Source of the DNA: Chitinophagaceae bacterium | GTDB taxonomy: Bacteria; Bacteroidota; Bacteroidia; Chitinophagales; UBA10324 | Length of the DNA: 64,000 nt | Assembly (NCBI GenBank): GCA_947474435.1 | Contig: CANJII010000017.1 | Span: 2,580 to 66,579, forward strand | Direction of reading: 5' to 3' | Shown: positions 39,641 to 49,139 of the stretch, in pieces | Layout of the letters: each line of letters begins with the position of its first letter | Numbering within the stretch: the stretch's first letter is position 1 | Translations under genes and position numbers: made by a program | The notes under the pieces: generated by a model | Seen by the model: the letters and a program-made list of their open reading frames with translations, nothing else | What the model was told of the DNA's origin: nothing | The model's database searches: none

Positions 39641-40627
39641 TTAGGTAGCAAGAATTTCCTGAATTCGTAAAAGATTTAAATTGATATCAAGGTTGTGCTT
39701 GGTGGCTTTTTCAAATGGGGTGAATTCAATTTCACGATGTATTACACCAACCATTTCATTTTCTTTCCCTTCAATTAATGCTTCAACTGCAGCAACACCT
39801 AATCTGCTGGCGAGCACTCTGTCCATGCAGGTTGGATTTCCACCACGCTGCATGTGACCGAGAATGGAAACGCGTGTGTCATAATAATCAAAATGTTCTT
39901 TTACCTGCTTTGCAATATCATATGCACCTCCTGATTCATCGCCTTCAGCAACCACCACAATGCAACTCGATTTATTTCTGTTCCAACCTTTTTCCAGAAT
40001 TGAAATCAGGTGCGGAATATCCGTTTTCGTTTCAGGAACCAGAATGGCTTCAGCGCCTCCGCCGATTCCGCTTCGCAATGCAATAAATCCGGCATCTCGT
40101 CCCATCACTTCAATAAAAAATAATCGGTTGTGCGAATCTGCCGTGTCGCGGATTTTATCAATTGCCTCCATGGCAGTATTGATTGCAGTATCGTATCCAA
40201 TGGTAAAATCGGTTCCGAATAAATCATTGTCAATGGTGCAGGGAACTCCGATGCTTGAAATGTTATGTCGCATACTGAATTCGAAACAACCACGAAATGT
40301 TCCATCACCACCGAGCGCCACCAATCCTTCAATATTGTGCTTCTTTAAATTTTCAGCTGCGAGATTCATTCCTTCTTCGGTTAGAAATCTTTTGCTGCGC
40401 GCAGTTTTTAAAATGGTTCCGCCACGCTGAATAATGTTGCTGACTGATTGCGAATTCATCTCAATCATATCGCCGTCAATCATTCCTTCAAATCCTCTTT
40501 TGATTCCGACTACCTCGAGGTTGTTAAAAATTGCTGTTCGTACCACAGCGCGAATGGCGGCATTCATACCCGGAGAATCGCCACCTGAAGTAAACACACC
40601 TATCCTCTTATTTTTTGTCATTCCCAT
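39641..40627 (-). CDS. pfkA: ATP-dependent 6-phosphofructokinase
   Basis: RIGVFTSGGDSPGMNAAIRAVV, GGDGTFRG, PCTIDNDL, MGRDAGFIAL, LGHMQRGG. The track start at 40642 is TTG; ATG options are 40627 and 40621. Confidence 0.9.
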   Translation of the reverse strand: MGMTKNKRIGVFTSGGDSPGMNAAIRAVVRTAIFNNLEVVGIKRGFEGMIDGDMIEMNSQSVSNIIQRGGTILKTARSKRFLTEEGMNLAAENLKKHNIEGLVALGGDGTFRGCFEFSMRHNISSIGVPCTIDNDLFGTDFTIGYDTAINTAMEAIDKIRDTADSHNRLFFIEVMGRDAGFIALRSGIGGGAEAILVPETKTDIPHLISILEKGWNRNKSSCIVVVAEGDESGGAYDIAKQVKEHFDYYDTRVSILGHMQRGGNPTCMDRVLASRLGVAAVEALIEGKENEMVGVIHREIEFTPFEKATKHNLDINLNLLRIQEILAT

Positions 40628-40703
40628 TTTTATTGGCGGCAAAGATTCAACTTCTGTTGTTAACTAAAAATGATTTTGATAACAATGATTTTAAAAAACA
40701 GAA

Positions 40704-41117
40704 TTATTGTTTCGCTTTTTCATATTGATACTTGGTGTGAATTAAATCAGCAGTTTGAAAATCCAGAACCAATTTTCCGTTCAACGAAGATTTGATGGTG
40801 AACATTTTTGTTTTCTTAGTTGCGTTCGCTGAAAAATAAATTTGTTTGTAAGCTTCAACTAATTTGTAAGCTCCAGTTTCTTCTTTTCCATTTACTACCA
40901 TCATATAATTTCCATCAGCAGTAATTTCCACACAATCATTTTTCTGAGTGGAATCGGCAGGCGTTAGAACTGCAAATTCTTCGGTTCCCTTGTACATCCA
41001 CTTGCCAACTATTCTGTCTTTTAACGGTGGAGTGGTTGATTGTGTTGGAGTTTCAGTTTGTGCAATTGCGTTCAAAGAAATAAAAATTATGGAAAGAAAA
41101 ACGATTTGCTGTTTCAT
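40704..41117 (-). CDS. secreted lipocalin-like hypothetical protein
   Basis: Signal peptide MKQQIVFLSIIFISLNAIAQ, a GKW motif and beta-rich composition, 137 aa. Confidence 0.5.
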   Translation of the reverse strand: MKQQIVFLSIIFISLNAIAQTETPTQSTTPPLKDRIVGKWMYKGTEEFAVLTPADSTQKNDCVEITADGNYMMVVNGKEETGAYKLVEAYKQIYFSANATKKTKMFTIKSSLNGKLVLDFQTADLIHTKYQYEKAKQ

Positions 41118-41204
41118 GGTGAAAGTGTTTGTTCAAATGTAAAAATGCAAATTGAAAAAGTATTTAACCGAAAGAAATTTTTTATTTGCGCAATCAATTA
41201 TTCA

Positions 41205-42050
41205 ATGACCATCAATTTTGCTTTTCAAAACTTACTCGATTCCATTTATGATTCTTATGAAAGAGATGAAGCGGAAATGATTGCACGAATTGTTTTTGAA
41301 GATGTGTTTGATTTGAAACCATCCAACATTGTGATTGATGCGGATAAAGAATTTTCATTGGAGAAAAATAAAAAGTTGAATCAGATAATCGTACGATTAA
41401 AAAATCATGAACCTGTCCAGTATGTAACCGGCAAAGCTTTTTTCTATGGAAATGAATATGAAGTAAACGCATCAGTTTTAATACCAAGACCAGAAACAGA
41501 AGAGCTTGTTCAATGGATTGTAGAATCAACTTCCAATAAAAAACAAAACATATTGGATATTGGAACAGGGAGTGGATGTATTGCAATTTCAATCAAAGAA
41601 AATTTTCCCGATGCAGATGTGTTAGCAACCGATATTAGTTCCAGTGCTTTGAAAATTGCAAAGAGAAATTCTGAATTATTAAAACAGCAAATTCATTTCG
41701 CTCAATCAGATATTCTAAGTTTAGAAAATCCATTCAATAGTCAATTTGATATTATAGTCAGTAATCCACCATACATTAGTGAAACTGAAAAATCATCTCT
41801 TGATAAAAATGTAATTGCTTTTGAGCCACATAAAGCATTGTTTGCTATTGGAGATGATGCATTAATTTTTTACAGAAGGATTATTGAGTTCGCAAAAAAA
41901 TTCCTCAATGATGGAGGTCAATTATTTTTTGAAGTGAATCAGCAATATGGAAATGATGTAGTAAAACTTCTGAAAGAAAATAATTTCAAAAATGGAGAAT
42001 TGAAAAAAGATATAAATAGAAATGACAGAATGGTTAGAGCGGTGAAATAG
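41205..42050 (+). CDS. prmC: peptide chain release factor N5-glutamine methyltransferase
   Basis: VLIPRPETEELV, LDIGTGSGCIAI, IVSNPPYI (NPPY). Start trimmed to the ATG at 41205, because the track ORF start (41040) overlaps the opposite-strand gene. Confidence 0.85.
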   Translation: MTINFAFQNLLDSIYDSYERDEAEMIARIVFEDVFDLKPSNIVIDADKEFSLEKNKKLNQIIVRLKNHEPVQYVTGKAFFYGNEYEVNASVLIPRPETEELVQWIVESTSNKKQNILDIGTGSGCIAISIKENFPDADVLATDISSSALKIAKRNSELLKQQIHFAQSDILSLENPFNSQFDIIVSNPPYISETEKSSLDKNVIAFEPHKALFAIGDDALIFYRRIIEFAKKFLNDGGQLFFEVNQQYGNDVVKLLKENNFKNGELKKDINRNDRMVRAVK

Positions 42051-42140
42051 TGTTTAACAATTAGTTATTAATAAATATAGAAGAGGAAAACTTTCGACCG
42101 AAATGAACTGGTTTCAGTTTTCCAATTACCGTATAATGAC

Positions 42141-42416
42141 TCAAGCTTCCACCGAAGTCATCAAATCAATTTCTTCGAGCACGGCACTTATAAATAAACA
42201 ATCTTCCATGGTACCGGAATAAACTTTTGCTTTTCCGTGGGTATGAATTTCTATGGCAATTGCTTCGGCGCGCTGAGTGGAACAATGAATGGCTCGTTTC
42301 AACTGGCGGATAACTTCTTCAAAAGTGTGCCAGTCATCATTATGAACAATCACGCTCGAACCATCAACATCAATATTGTAATCTTCTATCAGTTCTAATT
42401 CCTGTGTCTTTGTCAT
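42141..42416 (-). CDS. clpS: ATP-dependent Clp protease adaptor ClpS
   Basis: VIVHNDDWHTFEEVIRQLKRAIHCSTQRAEAIAIEIHTHGKAKVYSG, in a ~92-aa protein from the ATG at 42416. The longer track ORF is an upstream extension. Confidence 0.8.
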   Translation of the reverse strand: MTKTQELELIEDYNIDVDGSSVIVHNDDWHTFEEVIRQLKRAIHCSTQRAEAIAIEIHTHGKAKVYSGTMEDCLFISAVLEEIDLMTSVEA

Positions 42417-42508
42417 AATCGTTTCAGGTTTTTTCCAAATATATGTTGTGAAATATTTATGCAGCAATTTTTTTCGACTAACTGATTTACTACATGAAAA
42501 TTCACCTT

Positions 42509-42538
42509 TTGGATATGAGGTGATGAAAGTTATTTTTG
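42509..42538 (+). promoter_or_regulatory. putative Bacteroidota sigma-A promoter (-33 TTG / -7 TAnnTTTG)
   Basis: TTG at 42509-42511, then 19 nt, then TATTTTTG at 42531-42538, which is 22 nt upstream of the hppA ATG. Confidence 0.4.
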
Positions 42539-42559
42539 CCGACCAAAAAAATTTAAAGA

Positions 42560-45028
42560 ATGAGTCCATTTTTTTACCTGATACCATGTTTCGGAATTGT
42601 TGCATTGCTGTTTACTGCCTGGAAATCGGCATGGGTTACAAAACAAGATGCGGGCAACGAACGCATGAAAGAAATTTCGAACTACATAGCCGAAGGTGCT
42701 ATGGCGTTTTTAAAAGCTGAATGGAAGGTGCTCGGCTACTTTGTAGTAATCGCCTCTATACTGCTTGCTGTTCTTGGTTATTCAAATCCTGATTCAAGTC
42801 CGCTGATTGCTGTTGCGTTTATAATCGGAGCTGTGTTTTCAGCAACCGCAGGATACATTGGTATGCGCATAGCAACTAAGGCAAATGTTCGTACTGCTCA
42901 TGCAGCGCGCACGAGTTTAGCAAAAGCATTGAATGTATCATTCACCGGAGGTTCAGTAATGGGAATGGGAGTTACCGGAATGGCGGTTCTTGGTTTGGGT
43001 GGTTTGTTCATTGGGTTATATTATATGTTCGCTGATGGCAACGGTGCTGAAGGTTTGCAGCGCGCTCTCGAAGTACTGACAGGTTTTTCATTGGGTGCCG
43101 AAAGCATTGCGCTTTTTGCCCGTGTAGGTGGAGGAATTTATACAAAAGCCGCCGATGTTGGCGCTGATTTGGTTGGAAAAGTAGAAGCAGGAATACCTGA
43201 AGATGATCCGCGCAATCCTGCAACCATTGCTGATAATGTGGGTGATAATGTTGGAGATGTTGCCGGTATGGGTGCCGATTTATTCGGTTCATTCGTTGCC
43301 ACCATTTTAGCAACTATGGTTTTAGGAAGAGAAATAACAGTTACCGATAATTTCGGTGGCTTATCTCCAATCCTTCTTCCAATGATGCTTTGCGGAATGG
43401 GAATTATTTTTTCTATGGTTTCAACTTTCTTCGTGAAAATAAAAGACACTGCTGAAGCAACAACTTCAGTGGTTCAAGGAGCATTGAATAAGGGAAACTG
43501 GGGAGCCATTATTCTCACAGCTATATCAAGTTATTTTTTAATCAACTGGCTAATGCCTGATACTTTAAATCTTCGCGGACATGAGTTTACCAAGATGGGA
43601 GTTTTCGGTGCTGTGATTCTTGGTTTGGTGGTTGGAACATTAATGAGTTTGATTACTGAATATTATACTTCAATGGGAAAGCGCCCTGTGAATTCTATTA
43701 TTCGTCAATCGTCAACAGGGCATGCTACAAATATTATTGCAGGTTTATCAGTGGGAATGGAATCGACTGTTGCGCCTATTATTGTTTTAGCTGCCGGAAT
43801 TTATGGTTCATTTATGTTCGCAGGATTGTATGGTGTAGCAATAGCCGCTGCCGGTATGATGGCAACTACTGCAATGCAATTAGCCATTGATGCTTTCGGA
43901 CCAATTGCTGATAATGCAGGAGGTATAGCAGAGATGAGTGAGTTGGAAAAAGAAGTTCGTGAAAAAACAGATATACTTGATGCTGTTGGTAATACAACCG
44001 CCGCAACCGGAAAAGGTTTTGCGATTGCGAGTGCCGCTTTAACATCGTTGGCTTTGTTCGCTGCGTTTGTAGGAATTGCCGGCATCAATAAAATTGATAT
44101 TTACCAGGCAGATGTATTAGCAGGGTTATTTATTGGTGCAATGATTCCGTTTATCTTTTCATCACTTGCTATTTCTGCAGTTGGTCAGGCTGCAATGGCA
44201 ATGGTGGAAGAAGTTCGTCGTCAGTTTCGCGAGATTCCCGGAATTATGGAAGGAACCGGAAAACCTGAGTATGATAAGTGCGTTGCTATTTCAACTCAGG
44301 CTTCATTGAGGAAAATGATGGCGCCGGGTGCAATAGCCATTACAGTTCCAATTATTGTGGGATTCACTTTTGGTGCTGAAGTGTTGGGTGGCATGTTAGC
44401 CGGTGTTACAGTATCAGGTGTGTTGATGGGAATGTTTCAATCAAATGCAGGTGGTGCATGGGACAATGCAAAAAAGAGTTTTGAAAAAGGCGCGGTGATT
44501 AACGGAGAAACTTTTTATAAAAAATCAGAACCACATAAAGCATCTGTTACCGGTGATACAGTTGGCGATCCATTCAAAGATACTTCAGGTCCATCCATGA
44601 ATATATTAATTAAGTTGATGTCAATTGTGAGTTTGGTTATTGCTCCATCAATAGGTCATCCGTTTATTAATTCAAGTGTGGGTAATGGAGGTGAAGATGC
44701 ATGCATGCACAAAATGGAATGTTGCGAACATGGAATGATGAGTGGCGAATGTGACAGTATGAAAATGAATTGCGAAGGTCACATGGGTATGAGAGGTTGC
44801 AAGGATGGAATGGATTCAACTCATTGTAAAGGTGAAATGGGAAATTGTGATGGAAAAGAGAAAATGGATTGCTGCAAGAATGGCGGTGAAATGAACAGCG
44901 GCTTGTGTTGCGCCGAATGTAAAGACAAATGCAAAACTGATTGTGCGAATGATGGCAAATGCCGTGAAGAAGGAAATAAAGGTTGTTGTAAAGAGGGTAA
45001 AAAAGAATGCTGCTCTAAAGAGAAATAG
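42560..45028 (+). CDS. hppA: membrane-bound (K+-dependent type) pyrophosphatase with a Cys/Met/His-rich C-terminal extension
   Basis: M-PPase motifs: [55 protein letters not shown] (Ala in GNTTAA indicates the K+-dependent class), [23 protein letters not shown]. About 16 hydrophobic segments, plus a 123-aa non-hydrophobic tail. Confidence 0.9.
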   Translation: MSPFFYLIPCFGIVALLFTAWKSAWVTKQDAGNERMKEISNYIAEGAMAFLKAEWKVLGYFVVIASILLAVLGYSNPDSSPLIAVAFIIGAVFSATAGYIGMRIATKANVRTAHAARTSLAKALNVSFTGGSVMGMGVTGMAVLGLGGLFIGLYYMFADGNGAEGLQRALEVLTGFSLGAESIALFARVGGGIYTKAADVGADLVGKVEAGIPEDDPRNPATIADNVGDNVGDVAGMGADLFGSFVATILATMVLGREITVTDNFGGLSPILLPMMLCGMGIIFSMVSTFFVKIKDTAEATTSVVQGALNKGNWGAIILTAISSYFLINWLMPDTLNLRGHEFTKMGVFGAVILGLVVGTLMSLITEYYTSMGKRPVNSIIRQSSTGHATNIIAGLSVGMESTVAPIIVLAAGIYGSFMFAGLYGVAIAAAGMMATTAMQLAIDAFGPIADNAGGIAEMSELEKEVREKTDILDAVGNTTAATGKGFAIASAALTSLALFAAFVGIAGINKIDIYQADVLAGLFIGAMIPFIFSSLAISAVGQAAMAMVEEVRRQFREIPGIMEGTGKPEYDKCVAISTQASLRKMMAPGAIAITVPIIVGFTFGAEVLGGMLAGVTVSGVLMGMFQSNAGGAWDNAKKSFEKGAVINGETFYKKSEPHKASVTGDTVGDPFKDTSGPSMNILIKLMSIVSLVIAPSIGHPFINSSVGNGGEDACMHKMECCEHGMMSGECDSMKMNCEGHMGMRGCKDGMDSTHCKGEMGNCDGKEKMDCCKNGGEMNSGLCCAECKDKCKTDCANDGKCREEGNKGCCKEGKKECCSKEK
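44657..45025 (+). other. 123-aa Cys/Met/His-rich tail fused to the pyrophosphatase
   Basis: [123 protein letters not shown]. By my count it has 20 Cys, 12 Met and 5 His. Confidence 0.85.
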
Positions 45029-45058
45029 CAATCTGATTAATAAATTAAAAAATGAGAG

Positions 45059-45093
45059 CCGCTCTGAATTATTTTTTTCAGAGCGGTTTTTTT
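45059..45093 (+). terminator. rho-independent terminator after hppA (overlaps the 3' end of convergent tilS)
   Basis: CCGCTCTGAA-ttattttt-TTCAGAGCGG followed by TTTTTTT. Confidence 0.7.
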
Positions 45094-46406
45094 ATTACAG
45101 TCAAATATTGTTTGGTTGAATTTGAATGAGAAAATCGTTCGTCGGTTCGTAAACCAACAACACAAATAATTTTATCAGCAGTATCCTGAATCACCAATTG
45201 TTTTTCTTTTTCATGCAGAGGAATTTTTAAGTCAACAAAAAAATTACTCAGCTTTTTCTTTTTCATTTTCATTCCGGAAGGGTAGAAGTAGTCGCCAGGT
45301 TTCCAGGTGCGAAGTATGAGAGGGAATGAAATTTTATCAGCATCCAGTTCCAGTAAGCCATTTCGGTTGCGCGACGATGATTCCTTTATTTTTATTTCAA
45401 TTTCAAACTCTCCAATAGAAATATTTTGCGCTTTCTTTTTTTCAATCAGATAAACCGATGAGTCAGATATTATATTTTCGACAATAAAAAGTTTTTTCCG
45501 GTCTTTAATTATTCTATAAGTTAATGAAAGAAATTCTTTTCCGCTTTCACTTTTCAGAGAATCAAAAATCTGCTTCATAATTTTTTCTTCAAATCCATAA
45601 TCCTTCAACAGTTCAAATAAGATAGTTGCAGGTGCAGGCGAATGGAGCAATGCCGGAATATCAATTGACCATGTATTTTTATCCTGCTTCAATAATTTGT
45701 TCCCGAATTTATTAATACCGAAATCATATACTGCTTCAGCATCTTTGAAATGTTGAATGCTTGCGTCAAAGGATTCCTTAAATGAAGGATTAATTTCTTC
45801 GAGCAACGGAATCACTTTATGCCGAATCAGGTTTCGCTGGTAATCTGTTTTTTTATTCGAACTGTCTTCTCTGAATGCTATTTTATTTTTTCCAGCATAT
45901 TTTTTTATTTCATCTTTCCCTGTAAATAATAACGGACGAATAATTTTCCCTTGCTTCGACAAAATTCCATGCAATCCTTTTATTCCTGTTCCTTTTATTA
46001 AGTTCATTAAAACAGTTTCAACCGAATCATCTCGGTGATGAGCAGTCGCAATAAAATGATAACCATTTTTTTTTCTGATGTCTTCCAGCCAATCATACCG
46101 GAGTTTTCTTGCAGCCATTTGAATGGAAATATTTTCGGCCCGTGCAACTTCTTTTATGTCAAACCGCTCTGTAAAACATTCAACATTAAAAGTTGATGCC
46201 AGTTCTTTTACAAATTGTTCATCAGCATTTGATTCATCACCTCTTAATTGAAAATTGCAATGAGCAATGGCAAATGGTTGGTTCATGAGGGAAAATAAAT
46301 TAACCAGAACCATTGAATCAACTCCTCCGCTTACACCTGCTAAAACAGGAATCCCCTCAGAAAACAATTGATTTGATTGAATAAAATTTTTAAACTGATT
46401 AATCAT
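45078..46406 (-). CDS. tilS: tRNA(Ile)-lysidine synthase
   Basis: PP-loop VSGGVDSMVL, IATAHHRDDSVETVLMNL, 442 aa including a C-terminal TilS domain. Confidence 0.88.
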   Translation of the reverse strand: MINQFKNFIQSNQLFSEGIPVLAGVSGGVDSMVLVNLFSLMNQPFAIAHCNFQLRGDESNADEQFVKELASTFNVECFTERFDIKEVARAENISIQMAARKLRYDWLEDIRKKNGYHFIATAHHRDDSVETVLMNLIKGTGIKGLHGILSKQGKIIRPLLFTGKDEIKKYAGKNKIAFREDSSNKKTDYQRNLIRHKVIPLLEEINPSFKESFDASIQHFKDAEAVYDFGINKFGNKLLKQDKNTWSIDIPALLHSPAPATILFELLKDYGFEEKIMKQIFDSLKSESGKEFLSLTYRIIKDRKKLFIVENIISDSSVYLIEKKKAQNISIGEFEIEIKIKESSSRNRNGLLELDADKISFPLILRTWKPGDYFYPSGMKMKKKKLSNFFVDLKIPLHEKEKQLVIQDTADKIICVVGLRTDERFSHSNSTKQYLTVIKKPL

Positions 46407-46461
46407 TAGAACGAAGGTAAAACAGATGTGAGTAAAGTTTTAATTAAGATTTTACAAAAAG

Positions 46462-46491
46462 TTGATTGGTTCAAATGAAAAAATATCTTTG
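46462..46491 (+). promoter_or_regulatory. putative Bacteroidota sigma-A promoter (-33 TTG / -7 TAnnTTTG)
   Basis: TTG at 46462-46464, then 19 nt, then TATCTTTG at 46484-46491, which is 37 nt upstream of the ATG at 46528. Confidence 0.45.
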
Positions 46492-46527
46492 CAGCTTAAA
46501 TTCTAAACAAAAACAAATAAATAAAAA

Positions 46528-47034
46528 ATGAAAAAACTAAGCATTTTAACAGCCGGCATCTTAATGGTGTTTTCATTGGCTATCGTAACTTTTTACACAT
46601 CTTGTACTGACCCTTGTAAAGATGTAACTTGTTTAAACGCCGGAACATGCGTTGAAGGTACTTGTAATTGTGCTTCTGGTTATGAAGGAACTGATTGCAG
46701 TACTGAAAACAGAGCTAAATTTAAAGGTGCATGGACTGCACAAGATGGTTGCAGCCTTTCAGGTTCTGCTTCTTATGGTGTAAGTGTAACTTCAGGATCT
46801 GGTATTTTTGATGTTAAAATCACTAATGTTTGGAATAGCTTCGTAAATGTTGTTAATGCAACTATCAGCGGAACAACCATTACAATTCCAACTCAAGAGC
46901 CTGATAATGATGGTTTCAGAGTTAGCGGAACTGGTACTATCAGCACTGATGGACATACTATTACCTGGAGCTATACAGTAACTGATACTGGTTCTGGTCT
47001 TTCTGATGTTTGCACATCAACCTGGACAAACTAA
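46528..47034 (+). CDS. lipoprotein with an EGF-like domain
   Basis: Signal peptide with a lipobox-like YTSC. CKDVTCLNAGTCVEGTCNCASGYEGTDC shows six-Cys EGF spacing. A beta-rich ~110-aa domain follows. Confidence 0.65.
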   Translation: MKKLSILTAGILMVFSLAIVTFYTSCTDPCKDVTCLNAGTCVEGTCNCASGYEGTDCSTENRAKFKGAWTAQDGCSLSGSASYGVSVTSGSGIFDVKITNVWNSFVNVVNATISGTTITIPTQEPDNDGFRVSGTGTISTDGHTITWSYTVTDTGSGLSDVCTSTWTN

Positions 47035-47053
47035 GATTTTTAATTAAGCTAAA

Positions 47054-47087
47054 TAAAAAAACCCGTTCAAACTGAACGGGTTTTTTT
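47054..47087. terminator. bidirectional rho-independent terminator
   Basis: AAAAAAA-ACCCGTTCA-aac-TGAACGGGT-TTTTTT between convergent genes. Confidence 0.8.
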
Positions 47088-47108
47088 ATTGGAATTTTTT
47101 TTGAAGTA

Positions 47109-47519
47109 TTATTTAGGCTTACCCATTTTATCCTTCTTAGCGTCGGTATTCGTTTGCTGTGTTCCCCCCATTTTATCTTTCTTGACATCTGTATTTGTAT
47201 TGCTTCCACCCATTTTATCTTTTTTAGGATCAACCGGAGGAGGAGGAGTTACAACAGTTGTAGTTTTTGGTTTGCTTCCACCTTTACCACCTTTCTTTGA
47301 TGCATTCACCATTGAATCTCCCATTGCCATTCCTTTAGCAGTTGCAGCCATCAGGCATTCCATATTTAAAGAATCAGAAAATGCAGTTGCTTTCAAGTTA
47401 GAAACACTGTCAATTGTTGCCCAGTCCTTAGCGGCTTGAGCACCATCATCGCCCTTCTGGCACGATTGGAAACCAAGTGCAAGTGCAATGGCTCCGGTAA
47501 GTATGATTGATTTTTTCAT
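47109..47519 (-). CDS. lipoprotein with a C-terminal KKDKMGG tandem repeat
   Basis: MKKSIILTGAIALALGFQSC lipobox, a Pro/Thr linker, and three repeats KKDKMGG(S/T)..NT.TD. Its N-terminal half is paralogous to the neighbouring 79-aa ORF. Confidence 0.6.
   Translation of the reverse strand: MKKSIILTGAIALALGFQSCQKGDDGAQAAKDWATIDSVSNLKATAFSDSLNMECLMAATAKGMAMGDSMVNASKKGGKGGSKPKTTTVVTPPPPVDPKKDKMGGSNTNTDVKKDKMGGTQQTNTDAKKDKMGKPK
47122..47238 (-). repeat. three tandem 42-45-bp coding repeats
   Basis: On the plus strand, CCCATTTTATC(C/T)TTCTT..(C/T)(G/C)T(C/A)..GTATT.GT units start at 47122, 47167 and 47209. Confidence 0.7.
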
Positions 47520-47553
47520 TGTTGTTTCGTTTTTCAGTTTGTGATTAATGGGT

Positions 47554-47793
47554 TTACATTTTTACTCCGTTAGCATTACAGATAGAATCGCAAACAGCTT
47601 TTGTTTTCGCAGCACTGGCAGTCATGCAGGCATTATTTGCCGCATCAACAAGGCCTTGTTTTTTTGAATTGAAAACTGAATCAGCTTTAGCAGTAATTGC
47701 CGCTGCATCCATTGGTTTAGGTGCTTGATTGCAACTTGCAACTGCGAGCGAAATGAGCCCGGCACCACACAGAATCAGGAATGTTTTTTTCAT
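47554..47793 (-). CDS. small lipoprotein (paralog of the N-terminal half of the 47109-47519 product)
   Basis: MKKTFLILCGAGLISLAVASC lipobox. ADSVFNSKKQGLVDAANNACMTASAAKTKAVCDS parallels IDSVSNLKATAFSDSLNMECLMAATAKGMAMGDS. Confidence 0.55.
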   Translation of the reverse strand: MKKTFLILCGAGLISLAVASCNQAPKPMDAAAITAKADSVFNSKKQGLVDAANNACMTASAAKTKAVCDSICNANGVKM

Positions 47794-47995
47794 AAATGTT
47801 TTTTGAGAATTTTTTTGTGCGCCAAAGTTATAGGTTTTCGTTTATCCTTTGCAACAATTATTTAACACAAGTTTTTAACACTGATTTTATTCGAGTGGTA
47901 AAAAGACAGTATGTTCCTTTGTGTTTTTATTCAATATTAATTTATTTGAGCTTCTTCTCTCAAATTTCTGAAAATTCGTACTGATATTTACACCG

Positions 47996-48970
47996 ATGAA
48001 ATCAATTGGTGAATTACAGGAAATATTCAATCGGTATTTAGCAATACAATCTTTTGAAAAACAACCGAAGGAATTATACGAACCATTTCAATACATACTT
48101 TCATTAGGAGGCAAGCGCATGCGGCCAACAATGGTTTTACTCGGCTGCGAAATGTTCAGTCACGATGCTGAGAAAGCTTTGCCGCAGGCAATGGCTGTGG
48201 AGCTGTTTCATAATTTCTCTTTGATACATGATGACATTATGGATAATGCTCCGAAGCGAAGAGGCCAGCCAACAGTTCACGAAAAATATAATTACAACAG
48301 TGCTATTCTTTCAGGTGATAGTATGCTGGTGTTTGCTTATGAATATTTAATAAAAAACTCCGGTGCTTCTATAGAAGAATTAATTCAGCTGTTCAATAAA
48401 ACTGCTATTGAAGTTTGCGAAGGCCAGCAGTGGGATATGAATTATGAAAATGAAAACAATGTAAGTGTTGCTGAGTATTTGAAAATGATAGAACTGAAAA
48501 CTGCCGTGTTGTTAGGTTGTGCAATGAAGATGGGAGCGATAGTAGGAGAGGCGAATGAAGAAGATGCACAACGATTATATGAAGTCGGAAAAAAATTAGG
48601 AATTGCATTTCAGTTACAAGATGATATTCTCGATTCGTTTGGCGATGAAAAAAAATTCGGGAAACAAGCTGGTGGAGATATTATTCAAAATAAAAAAACA
48701 TTGTTGCTAATTGAAGCATTTGAGAAAGCAAATCCATCTCAGCGAATTCAACTAAGAACATGGCTGGAGAAAAAAATTTTCGACCCGAAAGAAAAAGTAA
48801 AAGGCATTATGGATTTGTATTATGAACTCAACATTCGCGATTTAGCCGAACAGGAAATGTTAAAATATTATGAAGACGCGATGTTGACTTTAGATGAAAT
48901 TGATATTCCGGAAATAAGTAAAACCGGATTGCGGAATTTTGCAAAATCGTTGTTGGTAAGGGAGAGTTAA
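47996..48970 (+). CDS. polyprenyl diphosphate synthase (trans-isoprenyl diphosphate synthase family)
   Basis: First and second Asp-rich motifs LIHDDIMD and QLQDDILD, plus GKRMRP, 324 aa. Chain length cannot be determined from sequence. Confidence 0.88.
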   Translation: MKSIGELQEIFNRYLAIQSFEKQPKELYEPFQYILSLGGKRMRPTMVLLGCEMFSHDAEKALPQAMAVELFHNFSLIHDDIMDNAPKRRGQPTVHEKYNYNSAILSGDSMLVFAYEYLIKNSGASIEELIQLFNKTAIEVCEGQQWDMNYENENNVSVAEYLKMIELKTAVLLGCAMKMGAIVGEANEEDAQRLYEVGKKLGIAFQLQDDILDSFGDEKKFGKQAGGDIIQNKKTLLLIEAFEKANPSQRIQLRTWLEKKIFDPKEKVKGIMDLYYELNIRDLAEQEMLKYYEDAMLTLDEIDIPEISKTGLRNFAKSLLVRES

Positions 48971-48983
48971 TTTTTTATTCTAT

Positions 48984-49022
48984 AAAAAAGAAATTCCACT
49001 TTTCCCTTTAAAGTGGAATTTC
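48984..49022 (-). terminator. rho-independent terminator oriented for minus-strand transcription
   Basis: GAAATTCCACTTT-7 nt-AAAGTGGAATTTC (13 bp). The T-run is present only on the minus strand (CTTTTTTATA), downstream of the small minus-strand lipoprotein ORF. Confidence 0.6.
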
Positions 49023-49139
49023 TAAATCAGCAACATTTATTTCATGGATGGATTTCTTAATATCGCCCGATGATACAACCTTCATTATTCAAATGTTCAA
49101 TTATTCAATTGTAAATTTTTCATTGGAAGAAAACAAAAA

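Noticed and set aside
39778-40667. Three plus-strand ORFs (102, 156 and 77 aa) overlapping pfkA.
   Set aside because: All are antisense to an unambiguous 6-phosphofructokinase gene and have no recognisable motifs.
41040-41204. N-terminal extensions of prmC (41040-41204), and likewise of clpS (42417-42605).
   Set aside because: These extensions overlap neighbouring genes or promoters. They are Cys/Phe-rich nonsense, and the conserved domains start at the internal ATGs.
43008-45031. Minus-strand ORFs of 71-103 aa inside hppA, including one across the Cys-rich tail.
   Set aside because: They are antisense shadows within a strongly supported M-PPase ORF, with compositional bias (Ala/Pro/Thr-rich or Phe/Thr-rich) typical of non-coding frames.
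47089-47439. 116-aa plus-strand ORF with PPILSFL repeats.
   Set aside because: It is the antisense shadow of the minus-strand lipoprotein gene. That gene has a proper signal peptide, lipobox and terminator, and the repeats here are the reverse reading of its KKDKMGG units.
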